This document shows positions 1-10,026 of a stretch of DNA of 64,000 nt, in pieces. The stretch is from Minisyncoccota bacterium. Lineage in GTDB: Bacteria > Patescibacteriota > Minisyncoccia > Phycocordibacterales > JABAAK01. The position numbers and the translations under genes were made by a program. Below the pieces are notes generated by a model. The model saw only the letters and a program-made list of their open reading frames with translations. It did not search any database and was not told the DNA's origin. The stretch is from assembly GCA_963668425.1 (NCBI GenBank), contig OY764332.1, forward strand, positions 105,241 through 169,240, read 5' to 3'. The first letter of the stretch is position 1. Each line of letters begins with the position of its first letter.

Positions 1-632
1 CCGACAATAGAGGCGATCTCAACTTCCACAAACTCTCTCATTGTCTTAAATGAAGGGGTCTGTAACTCGCCCGGAGTAACGAGCGGGTTGTTTCCAATCG
101 TGAACCATTTCATGCCCCTCTTAATGGGGTATGCTTCTTCACGATCTTTGCAGCCCTCCACCGTGGCAATTCCCACTACCCGATGAATTGGCTCCTCTTC
201 AACCTTCTCGTCAAGGTCGACTGAGAAGAAGAGGGGGAAATTCCTTGACCCTCTTGCGGCGTCAAGTGTCGCTTGGGCTCCGCCCTCAACGCTAAAGCGG
301 GAGAGGGCGCTGACGAGATGTTTGTATTCCTCGTCATCTCCAACACGGAGAAACCCTTTTGCATCTTCAAAGGTCATGATCTGTTTCATATTCCGTTCAA
401 CCATGAGGCGGGATATGGAGAGATCAGGTTTGACCTCTTCGATTTCGGATTCGGAGGGCTCTAGATTTTCATCCAAGCCCTCATCCGAATCCTCTTCAAC
501 TTCAACCTTCTTGATAGCGTCAACGATTCTGTTGACGCCGGGAATGGAAACATGTTCCCCATTCCATGCTTTTAGCACGAATGAGGATGCTATCAACACC
601 AACCCGAGCAACACCAATCCTAATACTTTCAT
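1..632 (-). CDS. hypothetical secreted protein, C-terminus truncated by window edge
   Basis: Minus-strand frame is open from ATG at 632..630 down to base 1, checked codon by codon with no stops. N-terminus MKVLGLVLLGLVLIASSF is signal-peptide-like. It is absent from the ORF track, presumably because it has no stop inside the window. Confidence 0.4.
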   Translation of the reverse strand, partial: MKVLGLVLLGLVLIASSFVLKAWNGEHVSIPGVNRIVDAIKKVEVEEDSDEGLDENLEPSESEIEEVKPDLSISRLMVERNMKQIMTFEDAKGFLRVGDDEEYKHLVSALSRFSVEGGAQATLDAARGSRNFPLFFSVDLDEKVEEEPIHRVVGIATVEGCKDREEAYPIKRGMKWFTIGNNPLVTPGELQTPSFKTMREFVEVEIASIV

Positions 633-989
633 TTTTTTCCTCCCCCGTATTGCGGGATTTTTCCCGCGTGGCGGGAGTTGTTTCTTTTGTGATCTAAATT
701 TTTTGTTTTGAATGAATTAGGTTACACACTCTGTGCAACCTATATAAAATAACGATATATATTACTTTATATAGGATGCTCAGAAAGCGATTTCTGTCTA
801 TAATATACCATTTTGAGTATATTTTGTCAACCCCTCTTGAATGTAGATGATGGTATCTTTTAGTAGTGTACCACATGTCTTGAAATGCTCACTATGTTTG
901 AAATACCCTTTTGTATTAGGGTTTTTAGGAGTATAAAAAAATGCCCCCTACTATAAAAGTAGGAGGGCTTGGTGTTCTTAAAGGATCAA

Positions 990-1886
990 TTATGCTTCAA
1001 CGGCTTCCGCAGTATCGGCAGTATCGGTATCGGCGTTTCGGTTCCGGTTTCGGTTCCGGTTTCGGTTTCTGCGCCGAGGCGTTGCCGCTGTTTCGGTTTC
1101 ACGAGCGCGTTTCTCACGAAGTGCTTCAGCCATGGCCTCTTTCTCTTCTGCAGCCGATGCCTTCTTGGCATCCCGCTTCTCTTTCCAGGACTTTGCCATG
1201 GAGAGAACTTTCCCGGACGCTATCCACAGCAGGATCACTATGCCGGCAAAGACGATTATGTCTGCCAAGTCCATCCCGCCATTTGTGGGTGGGAAGGCGT
1301 TTTTTTCCTCTTTCTCTACAACCTCAGTTTGACCGAGGAGAGAGAGGAGATAGGTGTTTGCCAATGCATACCCTTCGACCGATTGCAGGACTCGATCCAT
1401 CTTTGCCAGTGGCAAATTTGGATCTGTCGCCGCGACAGTCAGTGCCTGGGCGGTTCGATTGTTTTCGCTTATGGCGCTCTCTATTGCCTTGCGGTCTCCA
1501 GATTGCAGGTCTTTGTATCGATCTGCAATCGCCTTCTGTCCATTCCCATAAACTAAGCCGAGGGTGATCTGACGCTTAACTATTGGATCGTTAATTGCGT
1601 TGATGATCTCCGCGGCATTTTCTGTTTCACCTTCAACGACCACTGTGGAACCCTCTTCAGCGTTAAACTTTGAAGAGTATTCTATAGTGACGTCATTTAC
1701 GCCATTCGCCTCATTTGCGGAGGCAGGCGTCTCGTGTGTGGCAACTTCTGGTGTCGTTGCTGTTGTGCCGAAGGACACACCGTCAATGGCCACTGCTGAA
1801 AGGGTGAGAACCATAATCAAAAAAGCTGCTGTCGTACTAATCTTTAAAAACATTTTCAAATTTCCTTTTTTTCTATGACCAACCAA
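990..1886 (-). CDS. hypothetical secreted/membrane-anchored protein with C-terminal (RN)6 and DT repeats
   Basis: 298-aa ORF with N-terminal signal/TM (LKISTTAAFLIMVLTLSAVA). C-terminal basic tail RRRNRNRNRNRNRN is encoded by tandem cggttt/cggttc hexamers at about 1008-1072. Antisense ORFs over this span are rejected. Confidence 0.5.
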   Translation of the reverse strand: MVGHRKKGNLKMFLKISTTAAFLIMVLTLSAVAIDGVSFGTTATTPEVATHETPASANEANGVNDVTIEYSSKFNAEEGSTVVVEGETENAAEIINAINDPIVKRQITLGLVYGNGQKAIADRYKDLQSGDRKAIESAISENNRTAQALTVAATDPNLPLAKMDRVLQSVEGYALANTYLLSLLGQTEVVEKEEKNAFPPTNGGMDLADIIVFAGIVILLWIASGKVLSMAKSWKEKRDAKKASAAEEKEAMAEALREKRARETETAATPRRRNRNRNRNRNRNADTDTADTAEAVEA

Positions 1887-2082
1887 TGATTATAATACTC
1901 AAAAAAAATGATTTGTCAACCCATGACCTTGTCCCGTGCAATATACCACTGCTTAACACGCTGTATGGATTCATTCTTACGAGAACATATAGCACACGCC
2001 CCCTTGTCTTGTAATAAAAAAATCACCCCGAGAAAAGAAAACATAGAAACTATGTATTTTCTCAGGGCAATTGGATGGAACT

Positions 2083-2601
2083 CTACTCAACATTCAGTCC
2101 GGGCTTAGTTGCCCCAATGACCGTGGAGCCCCCCTTGAATTGGTGATTAAAGGTCGCCTTGACCTTCATATCAGTTTCTCGATCTGTGTTAGCAAGGCCG
2201 ACTAATGCTTCTTTTCCGACCCTGAATCCATGTTTCGGGGCGCCAACAACTTTGGCTCCCCCTTTTGCGTCAAATGTCTCGTTTCCACGAATGACTAGCC
2301 GCACAGGGCGACGGGTATTCCCGTTGATTTCCCCGACTTGTGGGGCACGTGCTTTTTGCACTCCGATGGCGGTTGCCGCCTTCACCTGGACGTCTTGCTT
2401 CACGATCACTTTCAGATCAAGCTCAAGGTCTTGAGGTGTTGCAACAGCTGTAACCTCGGACGGAGTGGTTTCAACCGGGACCTCTATTACTTCAGGGGTG
2501 ACAGTTCCACAACCGGCCACAAGTGCCACTGTTATCGCCAGTGCGAACGCGATCATTAAATTTCTCATCATCTTCTCCTTTGCCCGCAGTAACGCAGGCA
2601 A
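2083..2601 (-). CDS. putative lipoprotein
   Basis: 172 aa with lipobox-like signal peptide IAFALAITVALVAGCGTV. No recognisable catalytic motif. Confidence 0.45.
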   Translation of the reverse strand: MPALLRAKEKMMRNLMIAFALAITVALVAGCGTVTPEVIEVPVETTPSEVTAVATPQDLELDLKVIVKQDVQVKAATAIGVQKARAPQVGEINGNTRRPVRLVIRGNETFDAKGGAKVVGAPKHGFRVGKEALVGLANTDRETDMKVKATFNHQFKGGSTVIGATKPGLNVE

Positions 2602-2669
2602 ACTGTGAGTGAATTTCTTGTTTCAAAAGGACAAACTTGGGAAAAGTATACCAAAAAAAAGTGGTCATG

Positions 2670-2969
2670 TCAACTGCACGTGGTTTCCATGAGGTGCTGT
2701 AAGGAAACTTGGATGTCTGATTCTGCCAATCTGCCGACAAAGCTGATAATTGTCCAGACAGAGGTGATGATGAAAATGCCTACAATACTCCAGCCGAGTT
2801 TGGCAAAAAGGTCTTTTCTTTCTGTTGATTCTGCACCGGCAATGAGCTTTATACTGATAATAATGAAAAATAGGATGGCAATGAAAAGCATTCCTGCCAT
2901 TAAAGGGTTTACAATGTGGTCAAATAGGTTGTCGGCTATGTTCTTTGCTGAGAGGGCGTATGTGAGCAT
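2670..2969 (-). CDS. small membrane protein, VirB2/TrbC-like pilin topology, paralog 1 of 5
   Basis: C-terminal hydrophobic helix, short charged loop (ESTERKDLFAKLGW), second hydrophobic helix. This module is shared with the ORFs at 3000, 3362, 5426 and 5770. Confidence 0.5.
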   Translation of the reverse strand: MLTYALSAKNIADNLFDHIVNPLMAGMLFIAILFFIIISIKLIAGAESTERKDLFAKLGWSIVGIFIITSVWTIISFVGRLAESDIQVSLQHLMETTCS

Positions 2970-2999
2970 ACAGGTTTAGTATACAAGGTTTATTAGGTT

Positions 3000-3359
3000 T
3001 TAGAGCGATTCTACTTTTCGGAATTCTATATTTGGATCGGGCTGTGATGACCCCCCTGTTCCTAACACTGCAGTTTGTAGAAAATACACTAATCCCCACA
3101 TGCTTACTAATACAAAAATACCTATAATGCCCCATAGTATTCGCTTTTTTGCATCTTCCGATGTGGCATTATCCTTGCGAATATAGTCCACTAGTCCCCA
3201 GAAAAAATAAAGGAAAATCAAGGTAACAGCTACGATAATGAGTGCTCTTATTGCCATAGAAAAATCATCAAATAGGAATAGTATTCTATCTATCTCTTGC
3301 AGGGCAGGACCTTTATCTCCTGTGTCTGCAAAAACCATTCCATGCGAGAGTGTCAGCAT
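3000..3359 (-). CDS. small membrane protein, VirB2/TrbC-like, paralog 2
   Basis: FLYFFWGLVDYIRKDNATSEDAKKRILWGIIGIFVLVSMWGLVYFL matches the family pattern hhhhGF/W..Y.R...AKKR..G..G.....S.WG. Confidence 0.5.
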   Translation of the reverse strand: MLTLSHGMVFADTGDKGPALQEIDRILFLFDDFSMAIRALIIVAVTLIFLYFFWGLVDYIRKDNATSEDAKKRILWGIIGIFVLVSMWGLVYFLQTAVLGTGGSSQPDPNIEFRKVESL

Positions 3360-3361
3360 AT

Positions 3362-4138
3362 TTAGTTACCTGTATACACTTGGATTCCTCTGTTTACATT
3401 TTTAGATATTCTTCTACAATTTGTTGTAAGATGATGGCATTGCTTTGGATCTACACATTCTGTTATTCCCTTTCTTCCACTTTTTGTATAGCAGGGTTTT
3501 TCTGCAGCACCAGCCCCAGGGATAAGCCCTGTGGTGTCCTGACCTGCAGCACTTAGTGCGTTTATATCCTGCTGTGTAATAGTATAGTTATATACGGTAG
3601 TATCACCTTCACTGAAATTTACTGTAGGCAAGGTCAGATCGTCAACCACTTCCCCTGCATTAATTCCTAATACTCCACGCACAAATCCGATGATACCCCA
3701 TAAGGTTACAATCACAAAAATCGCTGCTAATGAGTAGCCCATCCTTGTTTTTGCTGCCTCTTTGTCCTCTTCATCTCTAATGTATTTTACCAAGTTCCAG
3801 AAGAAGTAAAAGAATGCGGCGGTTACCACAATACCTACCATTGTTTGTAAGAGTACTGCAAACACGTTTGCCCCTTCGTAGAAGTTGCCTATTGCGTATG
3901 CAATGGTTCCGCCACATATAGGTGCACCTCCTCCTGTTGGGTGTGTATGTGAGTCAGCGTTTGTGCAGTGTTCTATTGGAAGATTATTAACAAGGTAGGG
4001 ATCGGCATATGCTGTGTGTTGCGAGAGAGTAAAAAGGAATACTATACTCGTAATGATCGCTACAATGAAAAAGATCTTGCTTATTGTTTGATTGTTGTGT
4101 ATGCTATTCATATGTAGTAAGTATATCCTGTTTTCCAT
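3362..4138 (-). CDS. membrane protein with Cys-containing extracellular N-domain and VirB2/TrbC-like C-terminal hairpin, paralog 3
   Basis: 258 aa. FFYFFWNLVKYIRDEEDKEAAKTRMGYSLAAIFVIVTLWGIIGF is the same two-helix module, preceded by a longer Cys/Gly-rich domain. Confidence 0.5.
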   Translation of the reverse strand: MENRIYLLHMNSIHNNQTISKIFFIVAIITSIVFLFTLSQHTAYADPYLVNNLPIEHCTNADSHTHPTGGGAPICGGTIAYAIGNFYEGANVFAVLLQTMVGIVVTAAFFYFFWNLVKYIRDEEDKEAAKTRMGYSLAAIFVIVTLWGIIGFVRGVLGINAGEVVDDLTLPTVNFSEGDTTVYNYTITQQDINALSAAGQDTTGLIPGAGAAEKPCYTKSGRKGITECVDPKQCHHLTTNCRRISKNVNRGIQVYTGN

Positions 4139-4252
4139 GTATTAAAGATAGTATGTGGATAAAAAATGGAGTCACTTTCTCAATAAAATCTTGTTTTTTC
4201 TGCCTTGTGCTTTACAAATAATCTTGCCGGCAATGTAGTTATATCACAGGGT

Positions 4253-4280
4253 TGACAAAAATAATGGCAAGTGCTATAGT
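4253..4280 (+). promoter_or_regulatory. sigma70-like promoter, TTGACA-16 nt-TATAGT, in front of the non-coding transcript
   Basis: TTGACA at 4253-4258, 16-nt spacer, TATAGT at 4275-4280. No ORF of 60 aa or more follows on the plus strand. Confidence 0.55.
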
Positions 4281-4287
4281 GCTATCA

Positions 4288-4680
4288 GTGGTCGGGAAGC
4301 GTGGAGAAATCCCGCGTACCGGGACCCTGCTCTTTGATCACAGGAATTAATTGTGTTGAGGTGTTTAGTAACGTTCGTTGAAGGTCAGAGTAAGCGTGTG
4401 CCTTGGTTGGTTGCGCTGAAGATCTCCGAACTGTGAAAGACCATACCTCCTATTTTACTTCCTAGGCCATGGGTGGTCAGCGAATATAGTGCTTCTGGCT
4501 CATTCGCTCCCCTGGTTGAATTCTTACTTTCTAAAATTGCTCCCACTGTGTTTAAGGAAGGACGCGACCAACGTCACTGACCTTGCACTTTTAACCGACC
4601 AACCATCGTGTGGTTGAGCAGTGAGTGATACTAAGTAGACCCATTATGCCCAGACAATCGCGTCTGGGCATATTCTTTTA
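4288..4680 (+). ncRNA. candidate structured ncRNA of about 390 nt, possibly RNase P RNA (rnpB); class unconfirmed
   Basis: Consensus promoter upstream. Rho-independent terminator GCCCAGAC-aatcgc-GTCTGGGC plus T-tract at 4648-4680. No plus-strand ORF. Motifs resemble bacterial RNase P RNA: GGAGAAAUCCCGCG vs P4 GGAAAGUCCGGGC, GUAAGCGUGUGCC vs GUAAGAGCGCACC, and CAGUGAGUGAU..UAGAC near the 3' end vs CAGUGAGCGAU..UAGAUGA. The motif order is not fully consistent, so this is tentative. Confidence 0.4.
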
Positions 4681-4809
4681 TGTCTATATACTATGCACAC
4701 ATTGACATTGTGTGCGTTTTTTATTGACATACCACTTGTTCTTGCTTTATCATATAGGTATATGGTGTGGGGTTTGAATTCAAGTAACTTGTAAGCAGGA
4801 GGTGTACTA

Positions 4810-5367
4810 GTGAAACGGTTTGTTGTATTTTTTTTATTTTGCGTTGCTAGTTGTGTGTTGTTGCTGTATGGGTGTGGCAGTACGACACGCAGTGTCGGAG
4901 GTGGCTTATTGTTCAGCAACACACGTCGCTCAATTACGGCCATCGTTGTACATCACACTGCTGGCACGGCGAGCAATGATATACAGCAGGTTGCATCAGA
5001 GATTTCCCGGTTGCATAAACGGAAGTTTCGTAAGATGCGTAAGAGTGTTGGGTTGCATGTTGCTTACCACTACCTGATTACGCCAAATGGAAAGGTGTGG
5101 AAAGTGCGCGATCCGGATGATGTCGGCTATCACGCTGGCAACTGGAGTATCAATAAGCGATCTGTTGCTGTTTGCGTGGTTGGTGATTTTTCAAAGTATC
5201 ACCCGACCCGTGCGCAGGTACGATCTCTTGACACGCTGGTCAAAAAGATGCAGAGAGAGCGACAGATCAAGAATGTAATTCCACATTCTTATTGCAGAGC
5301 AACGCTCTGTTGTGGCGAATACCTGAAGCGAGAAGTTCGTAATCTCTCGTGGGGGAGATATTTTTAA
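4810..5367 (+). CDS. N-acetylmuramoyl-L-alanine amidase (Amidase_2/PGRP family)
   Basis: GTG start preceded by AGGAGGTG. Signal peptide present. AIVVHHTAG...GYHAGNWSINKRSVAVCVVGDF is typical of the Amidase_2 zinc-amidase domain. Terminator at 5393-5428. Confidence 0.7.
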   Translation: MKRFVVFFLFCVASCVLLLYGCGSTTRSVGGGLLFSNTRRSITAIVVHHTAGTASNDIQQVASEISRLHKRKFRKMRKSVGLHVAYHYLITPNGKVWKVRDPDDVGYHAGNWSINKRSVAVCVVGDFSKYHPTRAQVRSLDTLVKKMQRERQIKNVIPHSYCRATLCCGEYLKREVRNLSWGRYF

Positions 5368-5392
5368 CAACTATGATCTTTACTATTTGAAT

Positions 5393-5428
5393 ACCTAACA
5401 CACACTGTTGTGTTAGGTATTTTTTTTA
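5393..5428 (+). terminator. intrinsic terminator after the amidase gene
   Basis: ACCTAACACA-cactgt-TGTGTTAGGT followed by a T8 tract. Confidence 0.7.
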
Positions 5429-5773
5429 TCCGGTAAATATAGTACGCAGAAGATATACAAATCCCCAGAGGGAGAAGACAGCGAAGAGTGTGAGGATGCC
5501 GTAAAGGAGACGTTTCTTGGCGAGGTCTGCCATGTTGCTGTCGCCTTTACTTGCCCCGCGCATGTAGAGAACAATACCGTATATAAACATGAAGAGGAGA
5601 ATAGTTACTGCAAGCGGTATAAGCACTCCGCCAAGCGCTTGAATGACAAGATCTACTATGCCCTTGAGTGAGAGATTCTCCCAAGTTGGTTGGGCGTACA
5701 CGTTGCCTACGCTTGTTGCCATAATGCAGAGCAAGGGTATTGTTATTATTTTTATATATACACTCCTTTTCAT
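5426..5773 (-). CDS. small membrane protein, VirB2/TrbC-like, paralog 4
   Basis: LFMFIYGIVLYMRGASKGDSNMADLAKKRLLYGILTLFAVFSLWGFVYLL. Translationally coupled to the upstream paralog by a 4-nt overlap. Confidence 0.5.
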   Translation of the reverse strand: MKRSVYIKIITIPLLCIMATSVGNVYAQPTWENLSLKGIVDLVIQALGGVLIPLAVTILLFMFIYGIVLYMRGASKGDSNMADLAKKRLLYGILTLFAVFSLWGFVYLLRTIFTG

Positions 5774-6162
5774 ACTTCTCCTTCTTCCTGACCTCCAATA
5801 ACCTCCACCTTATACTCATCGTCCAGCACATCGTTGAGTGTATTTTGAATTACAAAGAGAATGCCACGCGCGCCGAGAACGAGAAACAAGCCAACCAAAG
5901 ACCACGCAAAAGCATCTTTCCACTTCGTATAATCAGCATTTTTTTCTTTGCCGGCAAGCACCATACGGAAACCAATGTAGGCAATGCCGAGTACAATAAT
6001 AGGCATTAAGATAATAGTAATACCCTCTGTCAGTGCCAGTATGAGTTCGCCGAGTGTATCATATTCCAATGGGTTACAAAAAATAACATCGGGGTCACAA
6101 TCCGCATATGCAAGGGTTGGAACAAATAGTGCAACTGCTGACAGTATAATGGCGTGTACCAT
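5770..6162 (-). CDS. small membrane protein, VirB2/TrbC-like, paralog 5
   Basis: IIVLGIAYIGFRMVLAGKEKNADYTKWKDAFAWSLVGLFLVLGARGILFVI has the same architecture. Confidence 0.5.
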   Translation of the reverse strand: MVHAIILSAVALFVPTLAYADCDPDVIFCNPLEYDTLGELILALTEGITIILMPIIVLGIAYIGFRMVLAGKEKNADYTKWKDAFAWSLVGLFLVLGARGILFVIQNTLNDVLDDEYKVEVIGGQEEGEV

Positions 6163-6223
6163 ATTAGTTGCAGTATACCATCGTTGTTTTTGCTGTTGCT
6201 TATTTGGTGGTGGGTAGGGCTAT

Positions 6224-7564
6224 CTACTCAAACAGTGTTTCAATAACTCTTGCCTCTTGCTTTGCTGTGCGGATACCGATGATGACATTCTTTAGTGCAT
6301 TGAGCGTACCTGATATCATGCCTTGAGAGAGTGGTATACTTCTGCTACTAAAGAGCGTGTCAATGAATACTTGATCAGACGTGGTAGTGGCATTGAAAAA
6401 TGCTTCTATTTTTCTTGCTTCTTCGTCTGTACTGGTGAGTGCCAATCTTGATGCGCGATCAAAATTGTTAATTGGCACTGGTAATGAGGTTGCTTGAAAT
6501 ATTTCTGTCGGAAACCGTTGTATTGTTGTTGCCACATCAAATACAACCTGATGTGCGGGTCCCAGATGCCTGTTTTTTTTCGGAATAGCAAGAGCGTATA
6601 GTTTTGTCGGCACTACTGCTACACTGTTGGTAGCAAGTTGTGGCAATGGGGCAACCTGTATCACAATATTTGGATTCGCTCGTTGCAGGTCTTGATATTC
6701 GCTAATAAATCCCGGGTAAAATAAGAGTTGATTTCCAACAAACATGCTTCGCGCATTTAGAAATGTTTCACCCCATGTCTGTATAGGTGAGCGCAGTGCG
6801 ACAAATCTTGTATAAAATGTGATAAGGTCTTCTGTTGAGGGTGAGGCAGTGCCAAACTCCCGTGCCTGTAATATAAGTGTTGCAAAGAGATGTGGTGCAT
6901 TGGCATAGTTACCGTAGGCACCGAGTGGTATTATTGCCTTGTCAGTTTTCCTGTATGCCTCAGCAATCTCCTGATATTCTTTTTCAGTAAAATCTTCCCA
7001 TACTTTCGGCAGTTGGCGTAGATTACTTTGGCGGCGCAGGCCTTCGTTGTAATACAGCACTAAACTGTCCGCCACTACCGGCAGGGCAATATAGCCACCT
7101 GGACGTAAGAATATATTTGCTGGTGGGATGAATAGGTTCTGATACCCTGCAACAGTGGTTAATGGATGGTGCCCAAACGGGATGGTTTTTAATGCCGTAT
7201 GCTCAAACGCAAGTACCTCAGCCGACTCCAGCAGTAGCATATCTGGAGATCGTTCATCATATGCAACCGCTCGTACATACTCACTTTCTATGGCATTGGC
7301 ACTCTTTTTTACATACTGCACTGTATCATATCCCTTAGCCACACCACCCTGCGCCCTTCCAAGTATGGTATTTGCTACGCCGGCATCCAGTGTTCCCCAT
7401 ACAATAATTTCAATATGCTCCCGATTTTGTGCCGATCCTGATTCTGAAGATGTTGCTTGCTCGTTTTTTTGCAGGAGACCATACAACGCCAAACTACCGA
7501 AGCCGACAAGGACAAAAAAGCCGAATACAACATAGGTAACGATTTGAAAATTTTGTTTGTTCAT
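6224..7564 (-). CDS. membrane-anchored extracellular solute-binding-like protein (SBP family 1-like), function unknown
   Basis: 446 aa with N-terminal TM. IIVWGTLDAG resembles the start of type-1 periplasmic binding proteins. The annotation is weak. Confidence 0.35.
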   Translation of the reverse strand: MNKQNFQIVTYVVFGFFVLVGFGSLALYGLLQKNEQATSSESGSAQNREHIEIIVWGTLDAGVANTILGRAQGGVAKGYDTVQYVKKSANAIESEYVRAVAYDERSPDMLLLESAEVLAFEHTALKTIPFGHHPLTTVAGYQNLFIPPANIFLRPGGYIALPVVADSLVLYYNEGLRRQSNLRQLPKVWEDFTEKEYQEIAEAYRKTDKAIIPLGAYGNYANAPHLFATLILQAREFGTASPSTEDLITFYTRFVALRSPIQTWGETFLNARSMFVGNQLLFYPGFISEYQDLQRANPNIVIQVAPLPQLATNSVAVVPTKLYALAIPKKNRHLGPAHQVVFDVATTIQRFPTEIFQATSLPVPINNFDRASRLALTSTDEEARKIEAFFNATTTSDQVFIDTLFSSRSIPLSQGMISGTLNALKNVIIGIRTAKQEARVIETLFE

Positions 7565-7578
7565 ACCCTGACTAACAG

Positions 7579-10026
7579 TTACTGCACCATAGTGCTTGCA
7601 GTCAGTATATCATCTCCTTTCAGTTTCATAACCCGCACCCCCTGTGTTTGTCGTCCACGTTCAGGTATTTCACTTGTTGCCATCCGTACTATTTGTCCTT
7701 TCTTAGACATTGTAATTAATTCATCATCTGATTTTTCAAGCAGTATGTGAATGCCGACAACCTTTCCGGTTTTTGTTGTCACTTCAGCGGCCTTGATACC
7801 GCCACCGCCGCGTTTCTGTATCTTGAATAATGAAACCTTTGTCTGTTTGCCATATCCTTTCTCAGCGATAGTTAATAGACGACTTTTTGCTTTTGCATCT
7901 TCCTGTATTACTAGCGCGCCGATAACGCTGTCTTCTTTTCCGAGCCGTATTCCACGGACACCTTTTGCAGAGCGACCGGATGCTCGCACTTCTTTTGCCG
8001 TGAAGCGAATTGCCTTACCGCCCCGACTTACCAGAATGATTGTGTCTTCGTTCGCGCAGAACATCGTATTCACTAACTGGTCTCCCCGATCAAGCGAAAC
8101 GGCTATGATTCCGCTCTTACGGATATTCTCAAACTGGTCTATCGTAACTTTTTTAATTGTCCCGTTTTGTGTTACAAAGAAAAGATATGCATTTTTCTTT
8201 GTGTCTTGTGATACTGGTATTATGGATGTTACTCGTTCATCCGCGTCTATTGAGATAAAGTTGACCAGCGCACGCCCTTTGCTGGTTCGTTTTGCTTCAG
8301 GTATCTCGTATGCTTTTAGTTGATACACTTTACCCTTGTCAGTGAAAAAGTAGAGTGTGTCGTGTGAACTTGCGCTGATAGAGATAGTGGTAAAATCCTC
8401 TTCTTTCAATTCTGCCCCTTTGGTGCCGATGCCGCCGCGTCGTTGCTGTTTGTATTCATCATTGGTAGTGCGCTTGATGTATCCGCCCCCGGTAATCATA
8501 ATGATGCACTGTTTTTCAGGGATAAGATCTTCATCGGCTACTGCGTTATGTGCCTGACTTACTATCTTAGTACGACGGTCATCTCCAAACAGATCCCGTG
8601 CTTCCTGTATCCCTTTTCCTACCTCTTCATCAACTTTTTTCTTGCTTTGTAAAATATCTTCTAACCGCTTAATGGTTTTCTTCAAATTCTCCAATTCATC
8701 TTCCACTTTTTTTCGTTCCAGTCCCGCGAGTTTTTGTAATCGCATTTCTAAAATGGCATTTGCCTGCACTTCGGAGAATGTGAATGTTTTCATCAGTGCT
8801 TTTCGCGCATCAGACACTGCCTGTGATTTTCTGATGAGTGCAATAATCTTATCTATATGATCCAGTGCTTTTTTTAATCCTTCTACAATATGCGCCCGCT
8901 CTTTTGCCCGCGTTAAATCAAATTTGACTGCCCGTTCAACAATTATTCGCCGATGATCTATGTATGCCTGTAGCAGTTGATGCAGGGTTAGCGTTTGTGG
9001 TATACCGTTGAGCAGTCCGACGACGTTGTAGTGATACGTTTCCTGCAGTTGCGTGTGCTTGTAGAGCGCGTTTTGTAGTCGATGAGGTTGCGCGTTTGCT
9101 TTTAATTCAATGACAATGCGTATATCGTCTGTTGATTCATCACGAAGATCCTTGATACCTTCTATTTTTTTATTACGTACCAACTCTCCTATTTTTTCAA
9201 TCATTCGCGCTTTGTTTACTCGGTACGGAATGGAACTAATAACTAAACTGACACCTTTTTTATCTTCTACAATCTCAACTTCACCTCGCACCAAAACACC
9301 GCCCCGCCCAGTTGCATATGCCTGTGCTATGGCTTTTTTATCATATGCAATCGCACCCATTGGAAAATCAGGTCCTTTGATGTGCTCTAACAGGTCTTCC
9401 GTAGTGGCATCAGGATCTTTGATCAGGTGTGTCAGTGCATCGCACACCTCCCGCAAATTGTGTGGCGGAATATCTGTTGCCATACCAACTGCAATGCCGA
9501 GTGTTCCGTTGGCTAATAAATTTGGCACTTTTGCTGGCAGTACCTTCGGCTCTTCAATAGTGTTTTCATAATTTGGTACGAAATCTACTGTTTTCTTTTC
9601 AATATCTTCCATCATCTTTTCTGCATACGCAGACATCTTTGCTTCAGTGTATCGTTCTGCCGCAGGTGGATCGCCATCTATAGAACCAAAGTTTCCCTGT
9701 CCAGTTACCAAAGGATACCGCGTAACAAAGTTCTGGGTCATTTTTGCCATCGCCTCATATACCGCCAAATTGCCGTGTGGATGATACTTACCAAGTGTTT
9801 CACCAACCACGGTTGCAGATTTACGGGTCTTTGTGGAATGTCGCAATCCCATGCCAAACATCGCATAGAGAATACGTCGTTGCACTGGTTTCAAGCCGTC
9901 CTGAACATCAGGCAATGCTCGTGCGGTAATAACAGACATTGCATAGTCCAGATACGCACTACGCATCTCTTCGGTGATATCTTTACTAAAAATCTTTGCA
10001 CCCTGATTTGCCGTGTCTTCTGCCAT
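7579..10026 (-). CDS. gyrA: DNA gyrase subunit A
   Basis: 815 aa with canonical GyrA N-terminus ([20 protein letters not shown]-like YHPHGN active-site region) and C-terminal beta-pinwheel repeats. Confidence 0.95.
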   Translation of the reverse strand: MAEDTANQGAKIFSKDITEEMRSAYLDYAMSVITARALPDVQDGLKPVQRRILYAMFGMGLRHSTKTRKSATVVGETLGKYHPHGNLAVYEAMAKMTQNFVTRYPLVTGQGNFGSIDGDPPAAERYTEAKMSAYAEKMMEDIEKKTVDFVPNYENTIEEPKVLPAKVPNLLANGTLGIAVGMATDIPPHNLREVCDALTHLIKDPDATTEDLLEHIKGPDFPMGAIAYDKKAIAQAYATGRGGVLVRGEVEIVEDKKGVSLVISSIPYRVNKARMIEKIGELVRNKKIEGIKDLRDESTDDIRIVIELKANAQPHRLQNALYKHTQLQETYHYNVVGLLNGIPQTLTLHQLLQAYIDHRRIIVERAVKFDLTRAKERAHIVEGLKKALDHIDKIIALIRKSQAVSDARKALMKTFTFSEVQANAILEMRLQKLAGLERKKVEDELENLKKTIKRLEDILQSKKKVDEEVGKGIQEARDLFGDDRRTKIVSQAHNAVADEDLIPEKQCIIMITGGGYIKRTTNDEYKQQRRGGIGTKGAELKEEDFTTISISASSHDTLYFFTDKGKVYQLKAYEIPEAKRTSKGRALVNFISIDADERVTSIIPVSQDTKKNAYLFFVTQNGTIKKVTIDQFENIRKSGIIAVSLDRGDQLVNTMFCANEDTIILVSRGGKAIRFTAKEVRASGRSAKGVRGIRLGKEDSVIGALVIQEDAKAKSRLLTIAEKGYGKQTKVSLFKIQKRGGGGIKAAEVTTKTGKVVGIHILLEKSDDELITMSKKGQIVRMATSEIPERGRQTQGVRVMKLKGDDILTASTMVQ

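Noticed and set aside
941-1567. Plus-strand ORFs 941..1567, 969..1556, 1132..1332, 1354..1551 and 1600..1878
   Set aside because: Antisense or alternate frames of the better-supported minus-strand 990..1886 gene, which has a signal peptide and a coherent domain layout.
4288-4680. tmRNA or SRP RNA identity for the non-coding unit
   Set aside because: No tRNA-like 3' end (T-loop GGUUCGAUUCC, CCA) and no tag-peptide reading frame ending in AA-stop. Too long for 4.5S/SRP RNA. The RNase P-like motifs are the better hypothesis, though weak.
4644-4943. Minus-strand 99-aa ORF
   Set aside because: It overlaps the ncRNA terminator, the amidase promoter/RBS and the amidase N-terminus on the other strand.
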